From: an uncultured Candidatus Bathyarchaeia archaeon
GTDB taxonomy: Archaea > Thermoproteota > Bathyarchaeia > TCS64
DNA length: 48,734 nt
Assembly (NCBI GenBank): GCA_964447425.1
Contig: CAYUTB010000004.1
Coordinates: 1,559 to 50,292 of the forward strand
Direction of reading: 5' to 3'
Shown: positions 27,097 through 37,260 of the stretch, piece after piece
Numbering within the stretch: position 1 is the stretch's first letter
Layout: each line of letters begins with the position of its first letter
The notes under the pieces: generated by a model
What the model saw: only the letters and a program-made list of their open reading frames with translations
Databases searched by the model: none
Told to the model about the DNA's origin: nothing
Made by a program: the position numbers and the translations under genes

Positions 27097-28612
27097 AGTG
27101 TACTGCTGAGACTACCTCACCAAAGAAAGGTAGGAGGTAGTCGAGTACTAGTCTCGGGTAGACACCCAACACTATGGCGATCAATGCTAGCGCCGCCATG
27201 GGTATCAGCATCAGCTTGGGTGCCTCGTGGACATGCTCCATTCCCTCAGCGAGGGGTCCGAAGAAGATCCTGCGGACAGTCCAGAGACTGTAACCCACTG
27301 TCAGCACTGTCATGATAATGGCGACAATAGCCACTACTAGCTGTTCAACTGAGCCAGTTAATGCGCTTTCAAAGACACCTGTGAAGATCATCAACTTGGA
27401 CATGAATCCAACTGTGGGAGGTACTCCGCCGATGGCGAAGAAGCCTATCAATGTCAGTGTTGCTGTGATAGGCATTTTATCTGCCAATCCACCCATCTTC
27501 TTGATGCTTCGTGTACCGGTCTCTGCGATGAGTACGCCTGCAGCGAGGAATAAGATGCCCTTGCCGAAGCCGTGGCTTACATAGTGGAAGATGGCTCCTG
27601 CTTCTCCGTAGGCAGCTGCGCTTGCTAGTCCTAGGAAGAGGTATCCCATCTGGCTTACGCTGCTGTAGGCTAGGAACCGCTTTATGTCATCTTGTGCAAG
27701 CGCCATGAATCCACCGTAGACCATCGTTATCAATGCCCAAATTGAGAACACCAGACTGAATGAGCTGAATGTCTCACTCATTGGAACCGCAACAAGCCTC
27801 ACGGCTGCGTAGGCTCCGATACCGATCATCGCGGGGCTCAGTAGAGCCGAGATCGGCGTAGGCGCCTCACCGTGGGCGTATGGTAACCACACGTGGATAC
27901 CGAAGACCGCCATCTTTGTTAGGAAGCCCAGGAGTATGGCAATCGCAACCCATGGAGCCAGTGGATGTCCTACGACTCCGCTGAGTGCGGAGATGGCGAA
28001 GCTGCCTGTTATCCAGTAACCGGATAATAGTCCGGCTAGCAGTATGACAGCTCCGACGTGAGTCCACATGAAGTACATCATGCCGATGCGTTCTCTCTCA
28101 CCGTATCCGAAGTTGTTGATCATAGCCCAGCTGGGTACTAGCATCAACTCGTAGAACATGTAGAACTGGATGGTGTTAGTCGCTAGTACCGTCCCCAACA
28201 TACCCACTGAGTATAGCAGGTAAAGGGCATAGTATGTGGCGTAACCTGATTTACTGATATCTTCCCCAGTCTCAAGTTCCCACTCATGGAACCTGTGCTC
28301 CATGTAGGGGATACTGTATATGCTAATAAATAGACAGAGCAAGTTGATTGTTAACAGGACCCAGATATTGAGCCCATCTACCTGCAGATCAAATCCAATA
28401 TTAGAGGTTGGAATCCACTCATAGTGCTCAGTATAAGATCCTCCTCCCTTTGTCTCCACGGCGACGCTAAGGAGGAGTAGCAGCGTCACCACTAACGGAG
28501 CAGCTGCAATCCAGCCAGTCTTCTTACCCATGCTCTTGCCAAGATAGTAGGCAAGTGGTGTTGTTACTAAGGGTACCAAGAGTACCAATGCTAGTGTGTT
28601 TGCGAATACCAT
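27095..28612 (-). CDS. nuoM: complex I antiporter-like subunit, NuoM/FpoM-like
   Basis: 505 aa and polytopic, with the motifs HVWLPYAHGEAPTPISALLS and FLAYSSVSQMGYLFLG. The M versus N assignment is tentative. Confidence 0.8.
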   Translation of the reverse strand: MVFANTLALVLLVPLVTTPLAYYLGKSMGKKTGWIAAAPLVVTLLLLLSVAVETKGGGSYTEHYEWIPTSNIGFDLQVDGLNIWVLLTINLLCLFISIYSIPYMEHRFHEWELETGEDISKSGYATYYALYLLYSVGMLGTVLATNTIQFYMFYELMLVPSWAMINNFGYGERERIGMMYFMWTHVGAVILLAGLLSGYWITGSFAISALSGVVGHPLAPWVAIAILLGFLTKMAVFGIHVWLPYAHGEAPTPISALLSPAMIGIGAYAAVRLVAVPMSETFSSFSLVFSIWALITMVYGGFMALAQDDIKRFLAYSSVSQMGYLFLGLASAAAYGEAGAIFHYVSHGFGKGILFLAAGVLIAETGTRSIKKMGGLADKMPITATLTLIGFFAIGGVPPTVGFMSKLMIFTGVFESALTGSVEQLVVAIVAIIMTVLTVGYSLWTVRRIFFGPLAEGMEHVHEAPKLMLIPMAALALIAIVLGVYPRLVLDYLLPFFGEVVSAVH

Positions 28613-28613
28613 T

Positions 28614-30809
28614 TTAGATCATTCCTCCAAATTTCATTAACACGATTATCAAAAACAAGAAAATGAACACCATATAGGCGATGTTGTAGCTCAAGACTCC
28701 TGTCTGGAGCTTCTTTAGGTGATTGTATATTGAAGTAAACAGGGAGGGAATTCCTTTGTTTATACCCTCATCAAGCACTTCTTGCTCTAAGCTGTCGTAG
28801 AGATTTATACCAAGGTTGATGAAGAACCCGCTCACCACAGGCGTGATTTTGTCGAATACTCCTTTTTCTAAGACGCTGTATGTGTTTCGTCCTAGGTTTA
28901 TGAAGCCGTCTACAAAGACCTTGTAGTATAGCTGGTTCATGTACCATCTGTTCCATAGGAACTTGTATACGGGGGCACGCCACCCGGTTCTCTCAACATT
29001 CCATTCATCACCTTTTCTGCCCCAGTAGAAGGTTTTACCAGAGACTATTCCCACAGCCAGCAAGAAGGCGCTTAGACTCCATGCCTGAGATTTAAGGCCG
29101 AATTCTATGTGAGGAACGTGGAGTTCTACTTCGTGGGGCATGATTGCGTGTAGGGCGTGCTCGATCTGAACCTCGATGAATGTCTCAGGGTTCAGTCCAG
29201 GGTTTATCTGCCCTACTAGCCCAAGCGCTGATATTCCAAGCATAATGGCTACCAGTATCGCGATTGGACCCCACATCAAGAGTGGGGATTCATGTGGTGG
29301 ATGACCGTGGTGCTCCAACTCATGTATGTAGTGGCTCTCTGGCGCCAAGAAGGTCAACCAGATGTACCTGATGCTGTACGTCATGGTCAGAGCTGCGCTT
29401 ATACCACCAACAGCCAGCAGAACATAAGCAAGAGGCGTATCGGCTACCATAGCCGCGATGAAAACAGCGTCTTTGCTCCAGAAACCGCTGAAAGGCGGAA
29501 CACCTGCTAGGCTAATGGTGGCTAGCACCATCAACAAGTAGGTCTTTGGCATATGTTTCTTCAATCCACCCATATCAAAGGTGTAGATGCTGTGAATAGC
29601 GTGGATAACTGATCCGGCGCCTAGGAACAACGATGCCTTGAAGAGGGCGTGACTCATCAGGTGGAATATTCCAGCTGTCATTCCAGCCACGTATGCTCCC
29701 TCGCTCAGTCCACTGAGTCCAAGACCCAGCATCATGTACCCGATCTGGCTAACCGTTGAATATGCCAAGATCTTCTTCAACTCTACAGAAACTATGGCTT
29801 GACTGGCCGCCAAGAAGGTGGTGAAGCCACCCACTATCGCGATGGCGATGAAATATATCCTCGCCTCGGGTAGATGAAGCATATACGCCCCGATATAGAA
29901 GACGGGGCTCATCCTTGCAACCAGATATACGCCTGCCTTGACCATGGTCGCTGCGTGAATTAGCGCTGAGACGCTGGTTGGTCCAGCCATGGCTTCTGGT
30001 AACCACTCGTGGAGTGGGAACTGAGCTGATTTACCGATGGGTCCACCGAGGAACATTATCGCAGTTATAGCGATAAGTCCGGGATAGTGACTCATCTCCG
30101 CTAACCACTCCGGTGCGGTCTGAATTAGCTCAACGTAGTTGAGTGTGCCCGCGAAGTTGAATATGATGAATATCGCTCCAAGTAGGAATACATCACCGAT
30201 TCCTGTGACCACGAATGCCTTCATGCCACAGTGGCTCGGTGGGTACATGGGGGTAGGCTCTGGGCCTCCAAGCCAACGCTCCTTAGCATCCCTGTAGTAA
30301 TATCCGATTAAACCATAGCTACAGATTCCTACACCTTCCCAGCCGATCATGGTCTGGATCAGGTTGTCGCTGACTACCAGCAGAAGCATGCTGCCGATGA
30401 AGAATAGGAAGAAGAACCAGAACCTTGTGAGGTGCTCGTCTCCGTGCATGTAGCTTATCGAGTATACTATGATTAGGAAGCTGATACAGGCGACCACGTT
30501 CACTATCAGTATAGTGATTGGGTCAACGAGTACACCCATCTTTAATGAGTGTCCGAAGAAGTTGATCCAGTCGGAGAACTGTAAGTCGCCGGGTGTATGA
30601 CCGGATAATAACCAGGGAACCATCATGAGGGTTGATATCGCGGCTCCTGCGCCGAATACAACCGCCATCATGTCCCTGAACTTGTTCCCGAACTTTGCGA
30701 ATACTGGCATTAAGACGGCTCCCAGCATGGGGATTATCCAGCATGTTAATGCTGGCCAGTACTCGAGTGCGAGTGCCCACCCTGCTGTTGCAACGTGTTC
30801 AGTCGCCAT
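28614..30809 (-). CDS. nuoL: complex I antiporter-like subunit NuoL/FpoL with long C-terminal extension
   Basis: 731 aa with the motifs GKSAQFPLHEWLPEAMAGPTSVSALIHAATMVKAG and ILAYSTVSQIGYMMLG. The long C-terminal region is consistent with the lateral helix. Confidence 0.9.
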   Translation of the reverse strand: MATEHVATAGWALALEYWPALTCWIIPMLGAVLMPVFAKFGNKFRDMMAVVFGAGAAISTLMMVPWLLSGHTPGDLQFSDWINFFGHSLKMGVLVDPITILIVNVVACISFLIIVYSISYMHGDEHLTRFWFFFLFFIGSMLLLVVSDNLIQTMIGWEGVGICSYGLIGYYYRDAKERWLGGPEPTPMYPPSHCGMKAFVVTGIGDVFLLGAIFIIFNFAGTLNYVELIQTAPEWLAEMSHYPGLIAITAIMFLGGPIGKSAQFPLHEWLPEAMAGPTSVSALIHAATMVKAGVYLVARMSPVFYIGAYMLHLPEARIYFIAIAIVGGFTTFLAASQAIVSVELKKILAYSTVSQIGYMMLGLGLSGLSEGAYVAGMTAGIFHLMSHALFKASLFLGAGSVIHAIHSIYTFDMGGLKKHMPKTYLLMVLATISLAGVPPFSGFWSKDAVFIAAMVADTPLAYVLLAVGGISAALTMTYSIRYIWLTFLAPESHYIHELEHHGHPPHESPLLMWGPIAILVAIMLGISALGLVGQINPGLNPETFIEVQIEHALHAIMPHEVELHVPHIEFGLKSQAWSLSAFLLAVGIVSGKTFYWGRKGDEWNVERTGWRAPVYKFLWNRWYMNQLYYKVFVDGFINLGRNTYSVLEKGVFDKITPVVSGFFINLGINLYDSLEQEVLDEGINKGIPSLFTSIYNHLKKLQTGVLSYNIAYMVFIFLFLIIVLMKFGGMI

Positions 30810-30855
30810 TAGTCATGACCTCCATTGACTTTTTTTGTTGGATTTTTTATGTGAA

Positions 30856-32376
30856 TCATCCTATTATCGCTCCTATGTATGAGTTGAAGCCCGTTACAAG
30901 TGCCTCCGCCGCCTGTTGGGCGAAGTTAACTGCGGGCTCCGGGTAGACGCCGAAGAGAATAACCAAGAGCATCATAACGACGGTTACTCCCACCATGAGT
31001 CTCGGCGCCTCCTTCAGACCCTTTACGGAGTCCAGTGGATCCGAGATCAATGTCTTAATTACTTTCAGATAATATGCCATCGAGAGTGCGCTGTTCAGCA
31101 CACCGATTACAGCTAACCAGATCATTCCGGACTGAATAGCTGAACTAAATAGCATGAATTTACTAATGAACCCGCTCGTTGCAGGCACTCCTCCAAGCCC
31201 CATAAAGGAGATGAAGAGTCCTGCTGTGGTCAGAGGCATTGCTCTGCCGATTCCCTTGAGTTCATCAATGTTTCTCGTGTGTGCAACATGGATGAGCGAA
31301 CCTGCGGCAAGGAAAGCAAGTCCTTTCATCAGTGAATGATTGAACACGTGAAGGAAGAGCCCCTGAGCCCCGGAGACTGAACCCGCTGAGAGACCGACAA
31401 GCATGTAACCGATCTGGGCTATACTTGAATATGCTAGCAGCCTCTTGAGGTCGCCCTGCAGTAGTGCAAGCAGATTTCCGACGGTCATCGTTAGTACCGC
31501 AAGCGCCGCGATTGGTAGCCTGAAGAGCTCTGGCTCAAAGACCACAAATAAGAGCCTGGTTAATGCGTAGAGACCGGTCTCAATTACCACTCCTGATAGC
31601 AGCGCACTGATGGGGCTTGGTGCCTCTGGGTGCGCGTCAGGCAGCCATGTATGCATCGGTACTATGGCTGACTTTACGCCGAATCCGACGATTAGCGTCG
31701 CGAACAGTAGGATGGTCCATGGTGTCAGTGGGTTTCCGCGCATGGATGAGGCTAGTAGCGCAAAGTTCAGTGTTCCCGCTAGACCGTAGAGTAGCGCCAT
31801 GCTTAGCAGGAGGAATGCTCCCGCTGTTGCGCTCATAATCAGGTATTTGAAGCCTGCCTCGATTGGTCCCCAGTTCTGCTTCAGGTAAGATACTAGAACA
31901 TAGCTGGACAAGCCCATGAGCTCCCAGAAGATGAACAAGGTGAACAAGTCGCCTGAGAGCACGATGCCGTACATGCCTGCTATCATGAATGTTACGAGTG
32001 TGTAGAACTCGGTTACCCGGGTCTCGTGCTCCATGTAGCTAATTGAGTATATTGCGACCAGTAGCCCTAGGAAGGCTATGCTGAACGCCATAAAGACGCC
32101 TAACATATCGATCTCGAAGCAGCCGCTGAGAGGTGGTGCCTGCCCCCATGAGTAGATCAGGAGGACACCATCTGCTGTTGCCTTCACCTGAGTGTATAAC
32201 TGGTATACTCCAATGAGAGAGACCGCGGATACTAGTATAAACCAGACTTCTCGTAGCTTCCCCCCCATTCGTTCAGAGGCTATTCCGATGAATGGCATAG
32301 CCAGTGCACCAAATAGGTTTACTAGCATGGGTAGTGGAAGCTGAAGCCCTTGTGAAATTACTGAGGGTCCTACCAT
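30856..32376 (-). CDS. nuoN: complex I antiporter-like subunit, NuoN/FpoN-like
   Basis: 506 aa with the motifs MHTWLPDAHPEAPSPISALLSG and LLAYSSIAQIGYMLVG (AYSSI as in NuoN). It overlaps the nuoK stop. The N versus M assignment is tentative. Confidence 0.75.
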   Translation of the reverse strand: MVGPSVISQGLQLPLPMLVNLFGALAMPFIGIASERMGGKLREVWFILVSAVSLIGVYQLYTQVKATADGVLLIYSWGQAPPLSGCFEIDMLGVFMAFSIAFLGLLVAIYSISYMEHETRVTEFYTLVTFMIAGMYGIVLSGDLFTLFIFWELMGLSSYVLVSYLKQNWGPIEAGFKYLIMSATAGAFLLLSMALLYGLAGTLNFALLASSMRGNPLTPWTILLFATLIVGFGVKSAIVPMHTWLPDAHPEAPSPISALLSGVVIETGLYALTRLLFVVFEPELFRLPIAALAVLTMTVGNLLALLQGDLKRLLAYSSIAQIGYMLVGLSAGSVSGAQGLFLHVFNHSLMKGLAFLAAGSLIHVAHTRNIDELKGIGRAMPLTTAGLFISFMGLGGVPATSGFISKFMLFSSAIQSGMIWLAVIGVLNSALSMAYYLKVIKTLISDPLDSVKGLKEAPRLMVGVTVVMMLLVILFGVYPEPAVNFAQQAAEALVTGFNSYIGAIIG

Positions 32377-32681
32377 TTCAATCTCCTCAGTTTTCTTATG
32401 TCGAATGTTTTGTAATGCTTGAATACGTTAAGCGCCAAGGCTAAACCTACGGCGATTACTGTGCCGTCCAGTACAAGAGCCATCATAACGATGGATTGTG
32501 GCAATGGGTCTATTAGCCCCATATTCTGGGTTGAGAGAGCAACGAAGAACAGGTTCGCGGCGTTGAAGAGTATCTCAATGCCGATTAGTAGCCTGACTAA
32601 GTCTCTCTTGATGGTCAACGCTACGAGTCCAAATACGAAGAGTAGCGCCGTTGTTACTATGAAAAATGATATTGGGTACAT
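32370..32681 (-). CDS. nuoK: complex I subunit NuoK
   Basis: 103 aa with 3 TM helices and the motif LLIGIEILFNAANLFFVA. Confidence 0.85.
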   Translation of the reverse strand: MYPISFFIVTTALLFVFGLVALTIKRDLVRLLIGIEILFNAANLFFVALSTQNMGLIDPLPQSIVMMALVLDGTVIAVGLALALNVFKHYKTFDIRKLRRLKW

Positions 32682-33217
32682 TACTCGTGGCTCCTTGTTT
32701 TCAGCAATGCTATGCAGCAGATTACCGCTGCAAGGATGACAAATGATTGTGATACCAGATCCAAGCCTCTGTTGTTCCAGAGGAACTGGCTGACTGCAGT
32801 TGTGATATCGTCATACGAATTGGGTACGAATGAGAGGGTTTCGAGCGCGGTTGATGCATATTTTTGGAAGGGGAAATCGATGTTTTGTGTTAGCAATACG
32901 CCTGCTAGCACTTCTACAGATAGTATTGATAGAGCTAACTGGATTTTCTTATTCATCCACGGTACAGTATCATCATCGAACTCCACGTCTCCACCAGTCG
33001 TCAACATAACGGTGATTACGAAGAAAACCACGACCGCCCCTGCGAAGATAGCCAACTGGAATAACGCGACGGTTGGGGCGCCCATCATATAGTAGGCTAT
33101 GCCTAACGTCACGTTGGTTGAGAGCAGTGCGATCACAGCGTACACTATGTTGCGGCTTGTCACCGCTAGCAGTGCGCTGACGAGCACTAGGGATAATACA
33201 AATAATATTTCAATCAA
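32681..33217 (-). CDS. nuoJ: complex I subunit NuoJ
   Basis: 178 aa with a NuoJ-like N-terminal TM bundle (ALFQLAIFAGAVVVFFVITVML). It lies between nuoI and nuoK. Confidence 0.8.
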   Translation of the reverse strand: MIEILFVLSLVLVSALLAVTSRNIVYAVIALLSTNVTLGIAYYMMGAPTVALFQLAIFAGAVVVFFVITVMLTTGGDVEFDDDTVPWMNKKIQLALSILSVEVLAGVLLTQNIDFPFQKYASTALETLSFVPNSYDDITTAVSQFLWNNRGLDLVSQSFVILAAVICCIALLKTRSHE

Positions 33218-33684
33218 ACATCTTTCACCTTCCTGTATTTCATCTCTTTATCCGTAAGATACGCCTCTATCCTCCGCTTCATGCGTGGGACCAAGTCCTT
33301 TATCTCAGGGACCACGGAGAGCTGCTCAGGAGAGTACTTCAAAGTGCTCCTGTCCTTAACGGCTAACTCCACTACGTCTGTGAACTCAAGTGCCTGCTTT
33401 GGGCAGTACTCCACACAGTACCCGCAGAAACTGCAGGTGTTATAGTCGATACTTGGGTAGGTCTTCTCATGTCCCTCTGCTGGAACCAGCACTATTGATG
33501 CACAGGGGCATACCCTCGCACATATGCCGCAGCTGATGCAGCGTTCGAAGTAGAACTTGTGTCTTCCACGGAAGCGGTCCTTGAAGATGAGCCGCTCTGT
33601 TGGGTAAGCTACTGTCTGGCTGTTCCTGAAAATGTAGGGCGCTACGATTCCGATGGGTCTTAGTAGTCTCTTTATCCAGCTCAT
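33214..33684 (-). CDS. nuoI: complex I subunit NuoI (2x[4Fe-4S])
   Basis: It has the motifs CISCGICARVCP and CSFCGYCVEYCP. I place the start at ATG 33684 (MSWIKRLL), which overlaps the nuoH stop as TAATG. The ORF-track start 33804 would overlap nuoH by 121 nt. Confidence 0.85.
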   Translation of the reverse strand: MSWIKRLLRPIGIVAPYIFRNSQTVAYPTERLIFKDRFRGRHKFYFERCISCGICARVCPCASIVLVPAEGHEKTYPSIDYNTCSFCGYCVEYCPKQALEFTDVVELAVKDRSTLKYSPEQLSVVPEIKDLVPRMKRRIEAYLTDKEMKYRKVKDV

Positions 33685-34754
33685 TAGAATATCCCCCATA
33701 GTTTCAGCGCTAGAACCACGAATAGGTTCAGTAACGCAATTGGCGTTAGGTAGTTCCAGCCTATCTTGAGCATCTGATCCATTCTGGGTCTTGAGTAGAC
33801 GCATCTCAGCAGTACTACAAACACTACTATTATGGCGAATTTCGCGAGAAGCCAGAATATGTGGCTACCAATTACATTGCCCATGATAATGGGGCCATTG
33901 TAGCCTCCAAGATAGAGGGTGATGAATAGAAGCGTCCATGCCTGTAGCATGACGTATTCAGCCATCATCGTGAAACCGAATAGGATTCCGCTGAACTCGG
34001 TTCTCCATCCGAAGACGAGTTCAACCTCTGCGACTGGCATATCGAATGGGGTTCTCTCTGATTCGATGAGAAGCCCGATGAAGAATATGATGAAGCCTAT
34101 GAACTGGGGGATAGCGAACCACATGTTCTTCTGGGCCTCAACTATTTTGACTAGGTTGAATGATCCTGCCATTATTGCGACTGAGGCAGCGCAGATTACA
34201 ATCGGGATCTCTCCTGAGATATACATGTAGGCGACCCTCCACGCCCCGATGAAGCTGTACTTGTTGTTTGATGCCCATCCAGCGAATATTGGCATGAGAG
34301 GCGCTATTCCCATAATAGCGAGGAACATGGGTAATCCGAGGCTTCCGATATCCCAGAGAACCCAGTTCGCGTCAAAGGGTATCAAGACTAACGCGAGACC
34401 GGGTACCATTGATACCATCACCGGGGTTATTGCGAAGAATAGCCAGTTTACTTTCTCTGGTATGATTATCTCTTTTAGGAAGAGCTTGATGAAGTCAGCG
34501 AACACCTGCAGTACACCGGATCTTCCTCCACAATAATACGGTCCAACCCTCAGCATGGCTCGGGCGAGGAACTTACGCTCAAACCACACCGCGACGATCG
34601 CGAAAACTAAAGTGAATGCGAGACCAGGTAGTACAAGCACCTGCAGGATAGGCTTACTGTTTGCTGATAAGAAGCTGAGGATGTATGCCAAGATACCTGA
34701 TAGGTTCTGCTGAACCTGACTTGCCGTTCCAAATGCTGTGTTAAAGTAATTCAT
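33684..34754 (-). CDS. nuoH: complex I subunit NuoH
   Basis: 356 aa and polytopic, with NuoH-like segments (RAMLRVGPYYCG, ESERTPFDMPVAEVELV). Confidence 0.9.
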   Translation of the reverse strand: MNYFNTAFGTASQVQQNLSGILAYILSFLSANSKPILQVLVLPGLAFTLVFAIVAVWFERKFLARAMLRVGPYYCGGRSGVLQVFADFIKLFLKEIIIPEKVNWLFFAITPVMVSMVPGLALVLIPFDANWVLWDIGSLGLPMFLAIMGIAPLMPIFAGWASNNKYSFIGAWRVAYMYISGEIPIVICAASVAIMAGSFNLVKIVEAQKNMWFAIPQFIGFIIFFIGLLIESERTPFDMPVAEVELVFGWRTEFSGILFGFTMMAEYVMLQAWTLLFITLYLGGYNGPIIMGNVIGSHIFWLLAKFAIIVVFVVLLRCVYSRPRMDQMLKIGWNYLTPIALLNLFVVLALKLWGIF

Positions 34755-34759
34755 TCATA

Positions 34760-35875
34760 TCACCTATCCGCGTCCAGATACCATGGGTCGATAGAGTTGA
34801 TTACCACCGGGATATCCGCAATTGTCATGTTACTCAGCTCCGCGAGCCTCTCAAAGACGTACATGTTTCTGAGGCTTGGAGGCATGATCTTTACCCTGTA
34901 TGGGTTAGTGGTTCCATTAGTCCAGAGATGGATTGACATCTCGCCCCTAGCGTTCTCAACCCTGCTGATATGCTCGCCTGCTGGAGCACGTGCGAAGGGT
35001 GAGAATCTTGTCTTTATCTCTCCCTCCGGGATCTCTTTGGCGATCTGCTCCATCATGTTGAGTGATTGACCGATCTCGTGGAACCTTACCTTGGTTCTCG
35101 CCATGACATCGCAGGCGTCCTCTGTTATTATCTGCCAGTCTAGATCCGCGTATGCTGCGTATGGTTCCTCTTTTCTCATATCGATGGGTATACCGGAGCC
35201 CCTGAGAACTGGCCCTGTTGCGCCTAGCCTGAGGGCATCCTTGGGTTCCAGTATCGCGACATTATCGCAGCGCATCTCGAACATGGGGTTCTCGATCATT
35301 GCGTTCCAGTAGTCTTTGAACCGGTTGCGCAGGTAGTGAGCGGCCTCAATGATTTTCTCTTTGAATCCCTCTGGGAAATCCTTGTGAACGCCACCGGGTA
35401 GGAAGTGATTGAAGCTCCATCTTGCTCCAGTTAGTTCCTCAAACAGGTCAAGTAGGACCTCACGGTCTACAGTGGTCCAGATAAATACGGCTGGGAAGTA
35501 CCCTGTTGCCTCTGCCTGCAGTCCGAAGGCGTAGAGGTGGCTGTTTATCCTGCTCATCTCGCATACCAGTGAGCGTATCCACTGTGCTCGTTCAGGAACC
35601 TGAATGCCTAGGGCTTTCTCCGCTGCGGTAACATACCCGATACTGATGTTGGCGGTGTCTACCATCGCCATACGTTCGATTGGAATGAGACCACCTAGGA
35701 GAGATCGGTTTTCTAGAACTTTCTCGATCCCACGGTGAGTGTATCCGAGATCAGCTATAATCTTGTGGACTTTCTCGCCGTCGGTATCAAGCAATATTCT
35801 TGTCTGTCCGCTCATAGGGTGCTGGGGACCCCAGCTGATCCTCATAAGTTCGGGTTTAATCGTAGGCTCTGACAT
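34760..35875 (-). CDS. nuoD: complex I subunit NuoD
   Basis: 371 aa with the N-terminal GPQHP motif. The [NiFe] Cys ligands are absent. The C-terminus is ...DPWYLDADR. Confidence 0.9.
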   Translation of the reverse strand: MSEPTIKPELMRISWGPQHPMSGQTRILLDTDGEKVHKIIADLGYTHRGIEKVLENRSLLGGLIPIERMAMVDTANISIGYVTAAEKALGIQVPERAQWIRSLVCEMSRINSHLYAFGLQAEATGYFPAVFIWTTVDREVLLDLFEELTGARWSFNHFLPGGVHKDFPEGFKEKIIEAAHYLRNRFKDYWNAMIENPMFEMRCDNVAILEPKDALRLGATGPVLRGSGIPIDMRKEEPYAAYADLDWQIITEDACDVMARTKVRFHEIGQSLNMMEQIAKEIPEGEIKTRFSPFARAPAGEHISRVENARGEMSIHLWTNGTTNPYRVKIMPPSLRNMYVFERLAELSNMTIADIPVVINSIDPWYLDADR

Positions 35876-36348
35876 TACTCAACACCCTCTCCCTTGAAGT
35901 CTTTACGAAGGGGATAGCCGCCTTTCCAGTCCGGCGGCAGTAATAGTGGCACAAGATTCGGGTGACCCTCAAAGTCTATACCAAACATCTCATGAGTCTC
36001 CCGTTCATGGAAGCTCATGGCCTCCCATACCTGTGTCATTGATGGAAGAACAGGGTTTTCTCGGTCTACTTTGATCCTGTATATAATTATAAAGTCGGAA
36101 TCAGGGTTATTGAGGTAATAATTCATCTCCATCCTGTTCTCCTCGGGATAATCGATAGCTCCTCCCGCGATGGGGATAACGAAACCATATTCGTCTTTTA
36201 GAATCTCTGCTACTTCGATTACCTTTTCATTCTTTGCCTTTATTGAGACTCGTGTATCTTCAAAAATGTCCACTGATTCAACTAATTCACTGTATGCCTC
36301 ATTGAATGAGGCGATAAAGTCGGAGAGCCTAATCGTGTTTGACGCCAA
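35875..36348 (-). CDS. nuoC: complex I subunit NuoC
   Basis: 157 aa with NuoC-like FHERETHEMFGIDFEGHP. Confidence 0.85.
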   Translation of the reverse strand: MASNTIRLSDFIASFNEAYSELVESVDIFEDTRVSIKAKNEKVIEVAEILKDEYGFVIPIAGGAIDYPEENRMEMNYYLNNPDSDFIIIYRIKVDRENPVLPSMTQVWEAMSFHERETHEMFGIDFEGHPNLVPLLLPPDWKGGYPLRKDFKGEGVE

Positions 36349-36835
36349 GTCGCTTCCCCTTTCTAATTTTTTCTTGAAGCTCCATCATTCCATGGATTAT
36401 TGCCTCGGGTCTCGGCGGACATCCCGGTATGTATATGTCAACCGGGACATATTCATCGATGGCAACTACGCTGTAGGAGTCGTAGAATGGCCCTTTTCCT
36501 GTCGGACAGGCTCCCACGGAAACAACGTATTTTGGCTCTCCCATCTGCTCGTAGAGATATTTTACTCGTTCAGCCATCTTTCTTGAAACAACTCCGACCA
36601 CCATGATACAATCACACTGACGGACACTAGCGAAAGGCAGTATACCCAGTCGCTCCATGTCGAAGCGTGCACCAGATACCTGCATAAACTCCGGGCTACA
36701 GCATCCGGTTACCAGGTGTATTGGCCATATGGAGTATTTTCGAGACCATCCGTCAATGAAGTCAATAAGATTGTAGGCTAATCCTGAGCCGGGAATGTTA
36801 TCCAAAGTTCTCTTTACGTCTGTATCGGTTTCCAT
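36329..36835 (-). CDS. nuoB: complex I subunit NuoB (N2 cluster)
   Basis: 168 aa with the motifs GCCSPEF, QCDC, GACPTGKGPF and PGCPPRPE. Confidence 0.9.
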   Translation of the reverse strand: METDTDVKRTLDNIPGSGLAYNLIDFIDGWSRKYSIWPIHLVTGCCSPEFMQVSGARFDMERLGILPFASVRQCDCIMVVGVVSRKMAERVKYLYEQMGEPKYVVSVGACPTGKGPFYDSYSVVAIDEYVPVDIYIPGCPPRPEAIIHGMMELQEKIRKGKRLGVKHD

Positions 36836-37204
36836 CTAGTTCACCAAGTTATTTTTCTCATGCAGGAAGTAGACGATTCCTGTAAATATGATGAAAGTAT
36901 AGATCGCTATGATAGAGATCAATTCAGTTGTTATCTTCACGGCCATCGCAGAAGTAAGAATCATCCAACCAAACGCATCAAGAGCAAAGAAAGCGACAGC
37001 ATAGCCAAAATATCTTGAGATACCGGTTAGCTTGAAGGTTCTTGCTTCTCCGAATGGGTCCTGTCCACACTCGTAGGTTGTGATCTTTCTTTCATTGGGC
37101 TTTTTTGGGCTCACAAGTCTTGCTGCGAGAACAGCAAGAGCCAGAAAAGCAAAATCGATAATCGCGAATGCCCAGAATGCCTGAGACCCGTTAATTTGAT
37201 ACAT
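36836..37204 (-). CDS. nuoA: complex I subunit NuoA
   Basis: 122 aa with the motif YECGQDPFGEAR..F...RYFGYAVAFFALD. It is the first gene of the operon. Confidence 0.85.
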   Translation of the reverse strand: MYQINGSQAFWAFAIIDFAFLALAVLAARLVSPKKPNERKITTYECGQDPFGEARTFKLTGISRYFGYAVAFFALDAFGWMILTSAMAVKITTELISIIAIYTFIIFTGIVYFLHEKNNLVN

Positions 37205-37260
37205 ATCATATCCTCCTTAGATTGATACCTTTTATAGAGAATGATCTGACCATAAAGGCA

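Noticed and set aside
33685-33804. The ORF track gives long N-terminal extensions for NuoI (start 33804) and for the 4Fe-4S subunit (start 7057).
   Set aside because: The extensions overlap the upstream genes (121 nt into nuoH) and lack family features. Internal ATGs at 33684 and 7015 give canonical N-termini with tight coupling to the upstream stops.
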